DNA of 64,000 bases from Patescibacteria group bacterium (GCA_041671565.1 JBAZBH010000001.1:7552-71551), one strand, 5' to 3'. Shown: positions 18,585-28,381, numbered from the stretch's first letter. The notes: generated from the letters alone by a model not told the origin. A program made the numbers and translations.

Positions 18585-18613
18585 ATTATCGGCTTTTGGC
18601 CTACTTCTGTCAA
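18585..18613 (-). promoter_or_regulatory. Near-consensus sigma70 promoter
   Basis: TTGACA-N17-GATAAT on the minus strand, followed by AAGGAGG and ATG at 18562. Confidence 0.7.
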
Positions 18614-18621
18614 CCAAAATT

Positions 18622-19179
18622 TTAATGTTTTCTGGCTCTTATTATCTTTTTAACCGCCGACAAGCCGTCTAACTGTTTTTGCAATAAATAATCCTTTAAC
18701 CCCTCTTTACCCTTAATAATCTCGTAAGTAAATAATTCCTCTTCATCGTCGCCGGGATAGGGGAAGATGAATACTTTTAAATTATCATCATTTCTAAAAT
18801 ATTCAGTGACTTTCCAAGGATCAGTATCGCCGCATTCAAATATTATATTTTTGTCTAAACTAATAACATCAGGGATCCGGCCAAAAAAATTGTATTCCAA
18901 ACTGGATTTTAAACCAAAATTATTTCTGATATATTCTTCTGCCAAAACTTTTAAAGCCAGATGATTATTACTGCCGCCCTGATAATCAATGCTTTTAATC
19001 TGGCCATCTAAAATTTTATCAACAGTTGTTTGATAATCGGCTTTATTAAAGCCAGTTTTTGTTTTACTGATTTTTATATACTTCCGGTTCAATAAATCCA
19101 AAACATCGCTTAGCCCCTGATAATCCGGACTGCCGGTGAAATTTGAATAAAAAATTTCAAAAATATCAGCTCCGTCCAT
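18622..19179 (-). CDS. Hypothetical protein, possible PD-(D/E)xK-like C-terminal domain
   Basis: H..LK...E...IPDV...FECG pattern; coupled downstream of xer. Confidence 0.6.
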   Translation of the reverse strand: MDGADIFEIFYSNFTGSPDYQGLSDVLDLLNRKYIKISKTKTGFNKADYQTTVDKILDGQIKSIDYQGGSNNHLALKVLAEEYIRNNFGLKSSLEYNFFGRIPDVISLDKNIIFECGDTDPWKVTEYFRNDDNLKVFIFPYPGDDEEELFTYEIIKGKEGLKDYLLQKQLDGLSAVKKIIRARKH

Positions 19180-19181
19180 AA

Positions 19182-20123
19182 CTAATCTTTTAAGGGATGA
19201 AACTTATGATGCGTTTTTTCCGCGTAACGGTCAGAGGCATGAACATAACGAGTGGTGGTATTCAACGACTCGTGACCGAGCAAATGCTGCAACGCGGCCG
19301 GATTGGCCCCTTGTTCAGCCATATAAGTTGCAAAACCATGCCTCAACGAGTGGGCGCTGATCGGTAAATTAATTCTTAATTTTTCCCGATATTCTTTGAT
19401 TTTATATTGCAAATAATTAGTGGAGATGCTTTTATTTTTTTCATTGCAATTACTACCGCGATAGGGGATAAAAAGGGCGGCCGAACTGTCATTCCGCTCG
19501 GCTAAATATTTTTGAATTGACTTATGCGCCCGCGGAGTTAAATAAACAAATCTTTGTTTTTTGCCCTTACCCATAATAAAAATTCTGCCGGTGTTGTCTA
19601 TCTGGCTCTTTTTTAAAGACAACAACTCGGAAATACGCATACCGGTAGAGAAGAGGACTTCGAGCATCGCCCGGTTGCGATCAGCAATAATTTTATTATT
19701 TTCCAGTTCAACCGGCGATTCAATCAATTTAATCATCTCCTGCAGCTCGGCGATTTGCGGATGTTTTTTTTCGGTTTTAATCAGCTTAACCGCTTCCGGG
19801 GCAATAGGGGAGACATAGTCCATATCAACCAAAAATTTAAGATATGATCTAAGGGCCGATAACATGCGATTCATTGAGAAGCTGGATAATTTTTTTTGGC
19901 CTTTATTTTGATTGGCAGTATTGCGGTCAATTGAAGTCAGGTAGGCTTTATAATAATTAATATCTTTCTTGGTCAAGTGATCAAACTTTAATTTAGCGTC
20001 AGTCAAATAATCCTCGAAGACCTTTAAGTCCCGCTCATAACTATATAAAGTTTCCTCGGAAAAATTATTAGTCCGGAGGTTTAATAGATATTCGTCTAGA
20101 TAGGCTAATTGATAGGAGGGCAT
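19182..20123 (-). CDS. Xer-family tyrosine recombinase
   Basis: SAM-like N-domain, TGMRISEL, GKGKKQR, HSLRH, LLGH, TTRY. Confidence 0.95.
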   Translation of the reverse strand: MPSYQLAYLDEYLLNLRTNNFSEETLYSYERDLKVFEDYLTDAKLKFDHLTKKDINYYKAYLTSIDRNTANQNKGQKKLSSFSMNRMLSALRSYLKFLVDMDYVSPIAPEAVKLIKTEKKHPQIAELQEMIKLIESPVELENNKIIADRNRAMLEVLFSTGMRISELLSLKKSQIDNTGRIFIMGKGKKQRFVYLTPRAHKSIQKYLAERNDSSAALFIPYRGSNCNEKNKSISTNYLQYKIKEYREKLRINLPISAHSLRHGFATYMAEQGANPAALQHLLGHESLNTTTRYVHASDRYAEKTHHKFHPLKD

Positions 20124-20161
20124 AGCGGGTTTATTGTATCATAGTTTAAAAGACCAAGTCA

Positions 20162-20191
20162 AACTGAGTGTAAGGGATATTATACTCAGTT
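20162..20191. other. dif-like recombination site / recombinase operator
   Basis: AACTGAGTGTAA-GGGATA-TTATACTCAGTT: 12 bp inverted arms, 6 bp spacer, 38 nt from the xer start codon. Confidence 0.7.
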
Positions 20192-20278
20192 ATAGATAAG
20201 GGCCAGTTAAAGCCCTTGATATAATAAAAAGCCCCTGCGCGAGGCTATATTTAATTTTTGCTATTTAATTTTTTATAT

Positions 20279-21199
20279 TTACTTGATGAATACCCTATTA
20301 CCAAACATTAAATTAATATAATTAATTTTTTGGTCTTTGACTTTTTCTCTTAAAATCAGGTTTAGATTGGCCAGCTGGCGGTCCAAGTCATCAGCCGTGT
20401 TGAAATAGACGCTATAGCCCTTCTTCAGGACGGCTCGGACTTCTGTCCCCTGCCTGGTTGGCAATTGGAACGACTCCGGCTCTAGTCCCCCGGCAATTAA
20501 TTTATTTTGCAGTAGGGAAGTGAAATTTATTACTTCAGGGTCAATAATTTTCTGCCCGATTTTAACCTCAGTGTCACTCAGATCATAGATCAATGGCAAA
20601 CCCGGCTCCAGGACCGACAGGTCAATCAGACTCTCGCCTGACCCCGCGGCCGGCGCCGTAGCCTCAGCCGTCTCCCCCGCGACTAAAGTGACATTGGCAA
20701 CTAAAACTTCTTTAACTGCCAAGCCGCTCGGGTCCAAATAATAATACCGGCCGTTACTAATATACACTATCTGGTTATTCTTCTCTTTAACCTCAATTTT
20801 CAGCGTTTTTAAGGGCCGTTTCTTGATTTGGACGCTATCTATCACAAAACGGCTTCGGAGGTCATTTTCGGCCATTTTTGAGCTAAAAAACCATAGATTT
20901 GACTGGGAAAAGACCCCAAACCGGCTCTTGCCCAGTTGATCGCGGATAACCGCCTCGATTTGACCCGCATCCAGGGTTTTAGTCCCTGTCACCTGAATAT
21001 TCTGAATCCGGAAAACACCGGACCAAAATAAGATATAAGCGAGAAATAAAAAGCCGACCGCCGCGAGCGCCGCATAAACTTTAAAACTCCGCCGCTGCCA
21101 AAAATACTGCCGGACACGAAACGAGCCGTCGTTGCCATGGCGCGGGCTAAGCATCCGGCCGGAAGGGTGTTTGAATTTATTGCGGGACCAGAAAAACAT
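20279..21199 (-). CDS. FtsQ/DivIB-like POTRA-domain protein
   Basis: Single TM, FRIQNIQVTG POTRA start, YINLMFGNRVFIK terminus; likely start ATG 21199. Confidence 0.8.
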   Translation of the reverse strand: MFFWSRNKFKHPSGRMLSPRHGNDGSFRVRQYFWQRRSFKVYAALAAVGFLFLAYILFWSGVFRIQNIQVTGTKTLDAGQIEAVIRDQLGKSRFGVFSQSNLWFFSSKMAENDLRSRFVIDSVQIKKRPLKTLKIEVKEKNNQIVYISNGRYYYLDPSGLAVKEVLVANVTLVAGETAEATAPAAGSGESLIDLSVLEPGLPLIYDLSDTEVKIGQKIIDPEVINFTSLLQNKLIAGGLEPESFQLPTRQGTEVRAVLKKGYSVYFNTADDLDRQLANLNLILREKVKDQKINYINLMFGNRVFIK

Positions 21200-21204
21200 A
21201 ATAG

Positions 21205-21294
21205 AAGATAAAAACTTAAAGAGAAAAACTAAAGACAACAACTCAAAACTCAAAACATGGCTGTTTTTCGTTTTTATCTTTAATCTTTTAGTTT
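21205..21294. repeat. Degenerate fold-back element (AAGATAAAAAC arms)
   Basis: AAGATAAAAACTTAAAGAGAAAAACTAAAGA ... GTTTTTATCTTTAATCTTTTAGTTT in the ddl-ftsQ junction. Confidence 0.6.
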
Positions 21295-22448
21295 CCCTTA
21301 TACCAGTCGCTCCCCGAACTAAAATCCGTGGTCAGATTATTTTTCTCCTGATGGCGCTCCAGGGCGAGCCTGATCAGTTCATCGAGAAGTTTCGGGTATG
21401 ACAGGCCGCTGATCCCCCAGAGTTTGGGATAAATGCTGTGCGAAGTAAAGCCCGGAATGGTATTCGCTTCGTTAACATACAGTTTGCCCCCGGACAAGAA
21501 AAACTCCACTCGCGCCATGCCGGACAGGTCTAAGGCTTGATAAACTTGCAAGGAAATTTCTTGGGTTTTTTTGATCAATTTCTGGCTTAAATTTTGGGCC
21601 GGGAAATAATAAGCCGTCTGGTCGTCGTAATACTTGGCGGCAAAGTCGTAGAACTCGTTTTTGGGCGCCACTTCGCCAATCGCCGACGCCCGCGGCCGGT
21701 CGTTCCCCAGGACCGCGCACTGCAACTCCCGCGGTTTCCGTATCGCTTTCTCGACAATAATTTTCCGGTCAAAACGCGCGGCAAGGTTAATTGCTTTAAC
21801 GAGCTCAGGCCGGTTATGCGCTTTGGAAATGCCAACTGACGAGCCGGAATTAGCCGGCTTGATAAACAGCGGATAACCGAATTTGGCTAGGCGTCGCAAA
21901 ATAACCGAACGGTTTTTCTGCCAAGCGCTTTTCAAAAACCAGTCATACGGCCCCACCGGCAAACCGGCTTGCTGTAAAATCTTCTTCTGAATAATTTTAT
22001 CCATACCCACGGCCGAGCCGAGAACGCCACAGCCGACATAGGCTTTATTGGCCATTTCTAATAGACCTTGAATGGTGCCGTCTTCGCCATAAGTGCCATG
22101 CAGGACCGGAAAAAAAACATCAATACCATAACCATTGCCAAAATGCGCCGCTCCCCGGCCACCGGCCACTGTCGCCAACTTTTTCTCTTCCGGGTCAGCG
22201 AGCAAAAACGCCGGCTTAACCAAGGCGTGTTGATTGCCAGCCGCCAACTTCAAACCTTGCTGGAGAAACTTAACCGCGTCGCGGCCGACTAACCACTGAC
22301 CCTGTTTAGTAATACCAATCGGCACCACCGTGTATTTTTTCTTATCCAAAGCCTGCATCACTGATTGGGCGGAAACGATGGAAACCTCGTGTTCGCCGGA
22401 ACGGCCGCCGAAGAGGACACCGATGGTGAGTTTTTTGTGTCTAGACAT
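21288..22448 (-). CDS. ddl: D-alanine-D-alanine ligase
   Basis: [39 protein letters not shown]. Confidence 0.97.
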   Translation of the reverse strand: MSRHKKLTIGVLFGGRSGEHEVSIVSAQSVMQALDKKKYTVVPIGITKQGQWLVGRDAVKFLQQGLKLAAGNQHALVKPAFLLADPEEKKLATVAGGRGAAHFGNGYGIDVFFPVLHGTYGEDGTIQGLLEMANKAYVGCGVLGSAVGMDKIIQKKILQQAGLPVGPYDWFLKSAWQKNRSVILRRLAKFGYPLFIKPANSGSSVGISKAHNRPELVKAINLAARFDRKIIVEKAIRKPRELQCAVLGNDRPRASAIGEVAPKNEFYDFAAKYYDDQTAYYFPAQNLSQKLIKKTQEISLQVYQALDLSGMARVEFFLSGGKLYVNEANTIPGFTSHSIYPKLWGISGLSYPKLLDELIRLALERHQEKNNLTTDFSSGSDWYKGN

Positions 22449-22460
22449 AGAGATAGTGTG

Positions 22461-22569
22461 AAGTTCAAAACCCTAAGTGCAAAGTTCAAATCAAGTTCAA
22501 AGATCAAAAGGTGCCAGAGTTTTGACATTTGAACTTGATTTGAACTTTGAATCTTTGAACTTTGAACTT
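22461..22569. repeat. Fold-back element, family B (AAGTTCA 7-mer arms)
   Basis: AAGTTCAAAACCCTAAGTGCAAAGTTCAAATCAAGTTCAAAGATCAAA ... TTTGAACTTGATTTGAACTTTGAATCTTTGAACTTTGAACTT. Confidence 0.9.
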
Positions 22570-22591
22570 ATTAGCGCGTTTTGCCTTCAAA

Positions 22592-23758
22592 TTATGTTAA
22601 TTGGCGTGGTAACAAAGGATTAATTCTAGCAACTATTTCATAATTAATCGTCCCAATCTTCTCCGCCAAATCCTCCGCCGTGATTTCTAATTTCCCCTGT
22701 CGGCCGATCAAGACAGCTTCAGCGCCGACCGGCACCGGGCCAGCCTTCGTCACTTCAACTATCGTCAAATTCATGCTGACGCGGCCGCGGACCGGACAAC
22801 GGACGCCGTTGATCAGCACTTCGCCTTTGTTGGACAAATGGCGGTCATAGCCTTCAAAGTAGCCAACCGGTAAAATCGCGAGTTTGGTTGGTCTGGCTGG
22901 TTTATAAGTGCAACCGTAACCAATACAAGCGCCCTTGCCTACATATTTTACCGCAATCACCCGCGTTTTCCAAGCGAGAACCGGCCGGAGACTAAACTTG
23001 GGATAAATTTTCAGAGTTAATTTTTTCGCGGCCGCGCTCGGCCAGAGGCCGTAGAGGCCAATCCCTAGGCGAATCAGATTAAACCGGCTGTCCGGCCGCA
23101 CCAGGGCCGCGGCGCTGCAAGCAAAATGCTTGAGTAAGATATTAATGCCGGCTTTTTCCAATTTAGCAACAAAACTATTAAACCGCTTAATCTGCAGATC
23201 CGTGAACTTCTGGTTCTCTTCGCTCGCCGCAAAGTGTGAGAAGACTCCCTCTATTTCTATATTTCTATATTTCTTTATTTCTTTTATTGTCTTTAACGCC
23301 TCACTCTCCCCCACTACTCCGAGGCGCGAAGTCCCGGTGTCATATTTAAAATGGATTTTCGCGGTTTTATTTATTTTCTTCGCGGCCGCATTTATCGCTC
23401 GCGCCGACGCCAAACTATACACCACCAAACTGATATTATTTTTGACCGCCAAGCCGAGGTCGCCAAAATAATATGACAAAACCAAGATCGGCTTTTTGAT
23501 ACCGTTCTTTCGCAGTTCCAGCGCCTCGTCCAGATTGACGACCGAGAGCCAGTCAACTTCCCGCTGAATCACTTTAGCCACTAGAACCATGCCATGGCCA
23601 TAAGCGTTACTCTTCACCGCCGGGGCCAGTAAAACTTTCCGCCCCAAAATCCCCCGGAATTGGCGGAGGTTGTGGCGGAGATTTGAGGTTGATATTTCTA
23701 GCCAAGAGTTATTGACAAAAATATTATTATATGCTAAGTTAATAAATATAAACTCCAT
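22592..23758 (-). CDS. alr: Alanine racemase
   Basis: AVKSNAYGHG, DTGTSRLG, FSHFA, GYFEGY, GRVSMN, GTINYE; start uncertain. Confidence 0.97.
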   Translation of the reverse strand: MEFIFINLAYNNIFVNNSWLEISTSNLRHNLRQFRGILGRKVLLAPAVKSNAYGHGMVLVAKVIQREVDWLSVVNLDEALELRKNGIKKPILVLSYYFGDLGLAVKNNISLVVYSLASARAINAAAKKINKTAKIHFKYDTGTSRLGVVGESEALKTIKEIKKYRNIEIEGVFSHFAASEENQKFTDLQIKRFNSFVAKLEKAGINILLKHFACSAAALVRPDSRFNLIRLGIGLYGLWPSAAAKKLTLKIYPKFSLRPVLAWKTRVIAVKYVGKGACIGYGCTYKPARPTKLAILPVGYFEGYDRHLSNKGEVLINGVRCPVRGRVSMNLTIVEVTKAGPVPVGAEAVLIGRQGKLEITAEDLAEKIGTINYEIVARINPLLPRQLT

Positions 23759-23793
23759 GTGTACTAACCACAAACTGCAAGAAAGGACAAGAA

Positions 23794-24018
23794 ATGCCTA
23801 ATAAACTTGTGTTCACTACAGATGTAATAACCATTTCGAGCGGAATCAAATGTGAGCATTGTGGAGAGACCATCAGCAGAGGCAAACAGTATCTGTTGAT
23901 TTCCGGCCACGGCCACAATACCGCCAGCGGTCCGGAATACCACTTCTCTATCCATCTCGACTGTCGGGGAGAAGTTGAGACCACGAGGCACCTCAACCAT
24001 CTAAACATTGATCTCTAA
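23794..24018 (+). CDS. Small putative zinc-finger protein
   Basis: CEHC...I..G...HLDC; AAGGA before ATG; hairpin plus T-run at 24048-24080. Confidence 0.65.
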   Translation: MPNKLVFTTDVITISSGIKCEHCGETISRGKQYLLISGHGHNTASGPEYHFSIHLDCRGEVETTRHLNHLNIDL

Positions 24019-24079
24019 ACTACTGTCAATTCCAAAATCCCACCCTGGGGACCTAACACAATTAAGGTCCCTTTTATTT

Positions 24080-24829
24080 TTACTCAACCACCTTGAATGA
24101 CTTAATAATTTTTTCTTTGATTTCAGCGGCGGGCGAGTTTTGGATACTGCAGTCAAAACTCAAAAGGTAAAAACCGTTGTCTTCCAAGAGCAGGCCGTCA
24201 TTAGAGCATTCGGCGCCAATCGTCACTTGATAAGCTTTTTGCCCGCTGAGTTTGGCATCAGCGACTTTTTTAATGCCACCTAGACCCTGGTCGGCCAATA
24301 AATCCGCTAAATTTTTGTAGTTAGTCTCGCCGCTCTGCGACTTGAAAGCTTTGGCGAGGCTAGCGAGATCCGGCCAATAATCCACGGTTAAATATTTATA
24401 ATAACCGGGATTGGCCTCGCCCATCACCGCCAAATCGGCGTCAGCGTTAAACACTAAGAACTTGGCCAGTGTGCTGGAGGTTTTCTGCTCCTCGGCGGTG
24501 GCAGCCTCAAACAAAAAAGTCTCGGGGTAGCTAATCTCAAAGTGCTTGCCCTGAAAAGTTTTCCAATCGCCAATCTCGGCCGTGGCGCGGCGGAGCGGTT
24601 CAACTAGATTGGTATTAATACTACTCAACCGATTATTTAAACTTAAATTCGCGCCGGCCTCACACTCACTGACCTGATTTTTGGCCGCGGCCGCTTCGGC
24701 TTTAAGTTTAGTTACCTGGCCGCGATACAGCGAGCTGACAGCGACCACGGCAATAATGGCCAAAACGACAACGGCGACGAGAGCGAACTTTAGCCACAAG
24801 ACGGCGTGGCTTTTTTTGAAGAGGGACAT
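24080..24829 (-). CDS. Membrane-anchored hypothetical protein (PsbP-like C-domain possible)
   Basis: N-terminal TM, WKTF...FEISYP, IIKSFKV terminus; likely start ATG 24829. Confidence 0.7.
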   Translation of the reverse strand: MSLFKKSHAVLWLKFALVAVVVLAIIAVVAVSSLYRGQVTKLKAEAAAAKNQVSECEAGANLSLNNRLSSINTNLVEPLRRATAEIGDWKTFQGKHFEISYPETFLFEAATAEEQKTSSTLAKFLVFNADADLAVMGEANPGYYKYLTVDYWPDLASLAKAFKSQSGETNYKNLADLLADQGLGGIKKVADAKLSGQKAYQVTIGAECSNDGLLLEDNGFYLLSFDCSIQNSPAAEIKEKIIKSFKVVE

Positions 24830-24854
24830 AGGAGGAGGTATTAGATTATTATTT

Positions 24855-24928
24855 AAAATCACATAACACATAACATGGAACAAGGGTGGTTATAGGTCTC
24901 TTGTTATGTGTTCCATGTTATGTGATTT
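24855..24928. repeat. Fold-back element, family C (CATAACA arms), copy 1
   Basis: AAATCACATAACACATAACATGGAACAAG ... CTTGTTATGTGTTCCATGTTATGTGATTT. Confidence 0.92.
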
Positions 24929-24941
24929 ACTTCCCTTGGTT

Positions 24942-25340
24942 CTATTCTGTCGTCACGCCGTCAAACTCGGGGCCGTTGGCTTCGGCCTCGGCCTTGGTGG
25001 CGCGAACGACGCCATCCTGATGGTGCGCCGGGGAATAAATGGTGTAAAGCTTTAGCATCTCGGAAGCGGAAGTATTAATCACATTATGCTGCGCGCCGGC
25101 CGGCACCACAATCGCCGACCCGTCCGTCACCGCGTACTCATTGCCGTCAATCAGGCACTTACCCATCCCCTTTTCAAACCGGAAAAACTGGTCATTGTCC
25201 GTGTGCACTTCCAGGCCGATTTCTTCACTCGGCTGCAAACACATCAGCACCAGCTGGCTGTGCTTGCCAGTGTACAGGACATGGCGGAAGTCGGTGTTCC
25301 GAAGGGTCTCTTTTTCAATGTTAGCGTTAAAGCCTTTCAT
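24942..25340 (-). CDS. Cupin domain protein
   Basis: EIGLEVH..NDQFFRFEKG, VPAGAQHNVINT, LYTIYSP. Confidence 0.92.
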   Translation of the reverse strand: MKGFNANIEKETLRNTDFRHVLYTGKHSQLVLMCLQPSEEIGLEVHTDNDQFFRFEKGMGKCLIDGNEYAVTDGSAIVVPAGAQHNVINTSASEMLKLYTIYSPAHHQDGVVRATKAEAEANGPEFDGVTTE

Positions 25341-25386
25341 AAAGTTAGAGGTTATTTATAAAATTTTATTTTTTTTCGTTCCCTTT

Positions 25387-25626
25387 TTACCTCCCAAAAC
25401 GATCTTCGGGGTTTTTGCTTTTTCTCACTTTTGTTGGTTCTCCATCTGGACCGATAGCCAAATCAGTATCAAGGTCTGCCGCCGCTGGTCTTTGATAGGT
25501 ACTCGGTAATTCATTCTTCTCTTTGAACAATCGCTCTATTTCAGCCCTTCGTCTTAAATCCTTAGCTTCTTTAGTTTCATTGGCGGGTGGTAAAAAATAG
25601 TCTGAGAATGGTTTTTCTGGCGGCAT
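25387..25626 (-). CDS. Small hypothetical protein
   Basis: 79 aa ORF co-oriented in the gene string. Confidence 0.5.
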   Translation of the reverse strand: MPPEKPFSDYFLPPANETKEAKDLRRRAEIERLFKEKNELPSTYQRPAAADLDTDLAIGPDGEPTKVRKSKNPEDRFGR

Positions 25627-25648
25627 ATTTTTTTAAGTTAAGGGTGAG

Positions 25649-25897
25649 TTAGTTTATTTTTTTAATTAATTTTAATTTCTCCGACTTTTTCAATTTCTTA
25701 ATCCGCGCTTCCTCGCGCGCGGCCGCTCCGCGATTCTTAAACTTCCTACTATAAACCACCCTCACCGGCCGCCGCGCCCTGGTATACTTGGCGCCGAGCC
25801 TACCGCCATTATGCTCCGCCACCCGCCGCGCCAAGTCCGTGGTAATGCCGGTGTAGAGAGTGGCGTCGGAACAGAGGAGGATATAGAGGTGGTACAT
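25649..25897 (-). CDS. GIY-YIG nuclease family protein (YhbQ-like)
   Basis: YIL.C.D..LYTGITTDL.RRV.EHN, AKYTR, E.RIKKL. Confidence 0.92.
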   Translation of the reverse strand: MYHLYILLCSDATLYTGITTDLARRVAEHNGGRLGAKYTRARRPVRVVYSRKFKNRGAAAREEARIKKLKKSEKLKLIKKIN

Positions 25898-25928
25898 AGT
25901 TAGTTGTTTTTGTAAATTTTATAGTTAA

Positions 25929-26828
25929 TCAAACTAAAAACATTCGCTGGCAAAAAGCGCTAATTCCTATTCCATTTGTATTACAAGTCTGGACTCTATA
26001 TACCGGTACATTATTTATAAAAATAGTATAACCTACATTTATACCACTAGCCTTCTTAGCTATTATCACATCTTTTATTTTTGTCTGCTTGTCAATAGGT
26101 TTATAGATAGTAACACCCAAATCATTAACAATGATTACATATAAATCTTCGTCTTGACAATCTGTAATAAAATTTAAGAAATCATTTTTTTGCTTTGGTG
26201 TTAAATTATTAAAAGCATCAAAACAAGTAGTATTCAATAGAGATTGATATTTTTTACCATGCTCTCTGGCCCAAATCAAAAGTTTTTGATTATTCTTAGC
26301 CGTCCTCTTTAATTCACCCCTTTTATTAATATTCTTACCAGTAATTTTGAAAATGTGGTCATGTAGTTCTTTCCACATTTTATTTTGCTGTTTGATAAAA
26401 CTAAAACCGAAAAGTTTTTCTAATTTTCTTTGACCTAAATTTTTTAATGTTCCGGTTCCCGATTTAGCAATAGATTTTATGGAAAATCTTGTTTTCTTTT
26501 TGCTAATATGCTCCGCATCAACATCGGAAGTTGATTGCTCAATAACAAAATGACGGCCAGTCCAAACAACTCCGATGATCTTACCCTTTTTATCTATTTC
26601 GTTATCTAATATTTTTTTAATTTCTGGCTGAATTTTTATAAAATTATCATTTTGCAATTTTAATCTCTTCTTACCGTCTTCTCTTGCTAAAACTTGGTTA
26701 GATAATTTGGCTAAATTTTCACTATAAGAAAAAGTTATTTTATAAAGATGACAAATATACTGACAAACTAATAATTCAAAATAGTCCGCTTGAGCTCGAT
26801 TTGACTTTTCTTTATTACCCTTTTTCAT
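25929..26828 (-). CDS. Putative type II restriction endonuclease
   Basis: Low-GC ORF coupled to an N6-MTase; E...SD...FSIKS PD-(D/E)xK-like pattern. Confidence 0.6.
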   Translation of the reverse strand: MKKGNKEKSNRAQADYFELLVCQYICHLYKITFSYSENLAKLSNQVLAREDGKKRLKLQNDNFIKIQPEIKKILDNEIDKKGKIIGVVWTGRHFVIEQSTSDVDAEHISKKKTRFSIKSIAKSGTGTLKNLGQRKLEKLFGFSFIKQQNKMWKELHDHIFKITGKNINKRGELKRTAKNNQKLLIWAREHGKKYQSLLNTTCFDAFNNLTPKQKNDFLNFITDCQDEDLYVIIVNDLGVTIYKPIDKQTKIKDVIIAKKASGINVGYTIFINNVPVYRVQTCNTNGIGISAFCQRMFLV

Positions 26829-26834
26829 ATTTAA

Positions 26835-28289
26835 TTAGTTAAAATAAGCACTAACTATTTTATTAATTTCTTTTTGTTCGCGTTCAAAATTATAATTTAG
26901 ATCCTTTTTAATATTTTTAATAATATTTTCTGATATACTGGCTATGATTTTTATCTCTTGAACTTTAAAATTAGGCATGGGTAATTTTTTTATATCCCTA
27001 ATCTGAATTGAATTAGTGTGATTTAATAATTTAATTATTTTATTATAAATATTACTATTCAAAATACCAACAAAAAATTCTGGGGGGTATTTTAAAGGAT
27101 CTTTCGGAAAAAAACACATGGCCTTATTGCTTTCCCAAAGCGCTCCTCTTTCGGCTATCCTTGCCGACAAAGAAGAGCATATTCCTGAGATAATAAAACC
27201 GTCTTTATTACTTTCTAGATTTAAGTTTTTTGAGATTTTATAATTTTTTATAGATTGTTTATCCCACTTTATACAATATTCTACAGGAGAAAAATACTTT
27301 ATATCTCCACCCTTTTTATGATAAAACTTCCAATCACCGCTTGCCTTAATTACCTCTATCGGTATTTTCTGTAGACCACCGTTTCCAAACTGTCTCCCCC
27401 GATAATCTATAACACCTAAAAACGCTTTGTTATTTGTAGTATGCATCCCAAGCCCACCATTTAAAAAATCAACTAATTTTGGAAAAACTTTCATCTTATT
27501 AAGTATTGTGACATTGCCATTAAATCCAAAAATATAATCAGGGTTATTTAAAATTTCTCTTTGATTTATTCTTTTTTTAATCCCACTATAATCAGCTACT
27601 TGGTTGTTTCTACAATCGTTAAAAACAACAAAATGATTTTTGTCTGGCTTTTTATTTTTTAAATATATTATACAAGTATTTACCGACGCGCCGGTATCTT
27701 TAAATAAATTCTTAGGACAAATAGTTATTTCATTTATAGTATAGCTGGTCAGTAAAAATTTTCTTAAATTCTTATGAATTCCTAGGGTTAAGAAAGTATC
27801 GCTAATAATAAAACAAAGCTCGCCATAAATTTTTAAAAGTCGACAGCTTAAATAAAGAAACATGGCGTATGTATCATTAGCCCCTATTTCTTTATATATT
27901 TTTTTAAGCTCGCCCTTATTTTTTTTTATATAGCCACTTTGTTTATTAAGATAAGGAGGATTACCAATTATATGGCTAAACTCTTGTTTTTCGTTAAATA
28001 AACTATTACTCAAACTAGTTTCTAGCAGAGTATCTTTGATGACTATATTTTCTATTCCTAATTTAGTTATTATTTTATTTGTTTCGGGATTTATATCCCA
28101 AACGGTTATTTGTTGCGGCGATAATAATCTTTTTTCTAATATTTTAGAAACAAAAGCGCCATCACCTCCGCTGGGTTCAAGCAAATTACTTTTTGAAGTA
28201 AAACTTTTTACAAATTTATTAACCATATACTCAACGGTGTGTTGAGGTGTGTAAAAAGCTCCTAATTGTTTTTGTCTGTTTTTATCCAT
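26835..28289 (-). CDS. N6-adenine DNA methyltransferase (gamma class, TaqI/Eco57I-like)
   Basis: GAFYTP, LEPSGGDGAF, IGNPPY, C-terminal TRD. Confidence 0.92.
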   Translation of the reverse strand: MDKNRQKQLGAFYTPQHTVEYMVNKFVKSFTSKSNLLEPSGGDGAFVSKILEKRLLSPQQITVWDINPETNKIITKLGIENIVIKDTLLETSLSNSLFNEKQEFSHIIGNPPYLNKQSGYIKKNKGELKKIYKEIGANDTYAMFLYLSCRLLKIYGELCFIISDTFLTLGIHKNLRKFLLTSYTINEITICPKNLFKDTGASVNTCIIYLKNKKPDKNHFVVFNDCRNNQVADYSGIKKRINQREILNNPDYIFGFNGNVTILNKMKVFPKLVDFLNGGLGMHTTNNKAFLGVIDYRGRQFGNGGLQKIPIEVIKASGDWKFYHKKGGDIKYFSPVEYCIKWDKQSIKNYKISKNLNLESNKDGFIISGICSSLSARIAERGALWESNKAMCFFPKDPLKYPPEFFVGILNSNIYNKIIKLLNHTNSIQIRDIKKLPMPNFKVQEIKIIASISENIIKNIKKDLNYNFEREQKEINKIVSAYFN

Positions 28290-28323
28290 AATTACACTTA
28301 ATTTATCACGACTCCCTCTTGAT

Positions 28324-28381
28324 CTTCTTCACCCCCCCATATACTTCCTCAAAACCTTCGGAATCTCCACCGAGCCGTCTT
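28324..28381 (-). pseudogene. Relic duplicate of the serS 3' end
   Basis: Encodes EDGSVEIPKVLRKYMGG, matching the serS C-terminus (29562-29619) with synonymous changes and a 1-nt deletion in the G run. Confidence 0.85.

Noticed and set aside
19182-20123. Prophage or integrative element integrase
   Set aside because: No phage, conjugation or att-tRNA context; size and motifs fit a chromosomal Xer.
25649-25897. GIY-YIG gene as mobiliser of the fold-back elements
   Set aside because: Not flanked by repeat arms; looks like an ordinary YhbQ-type stand-alone nuclease.
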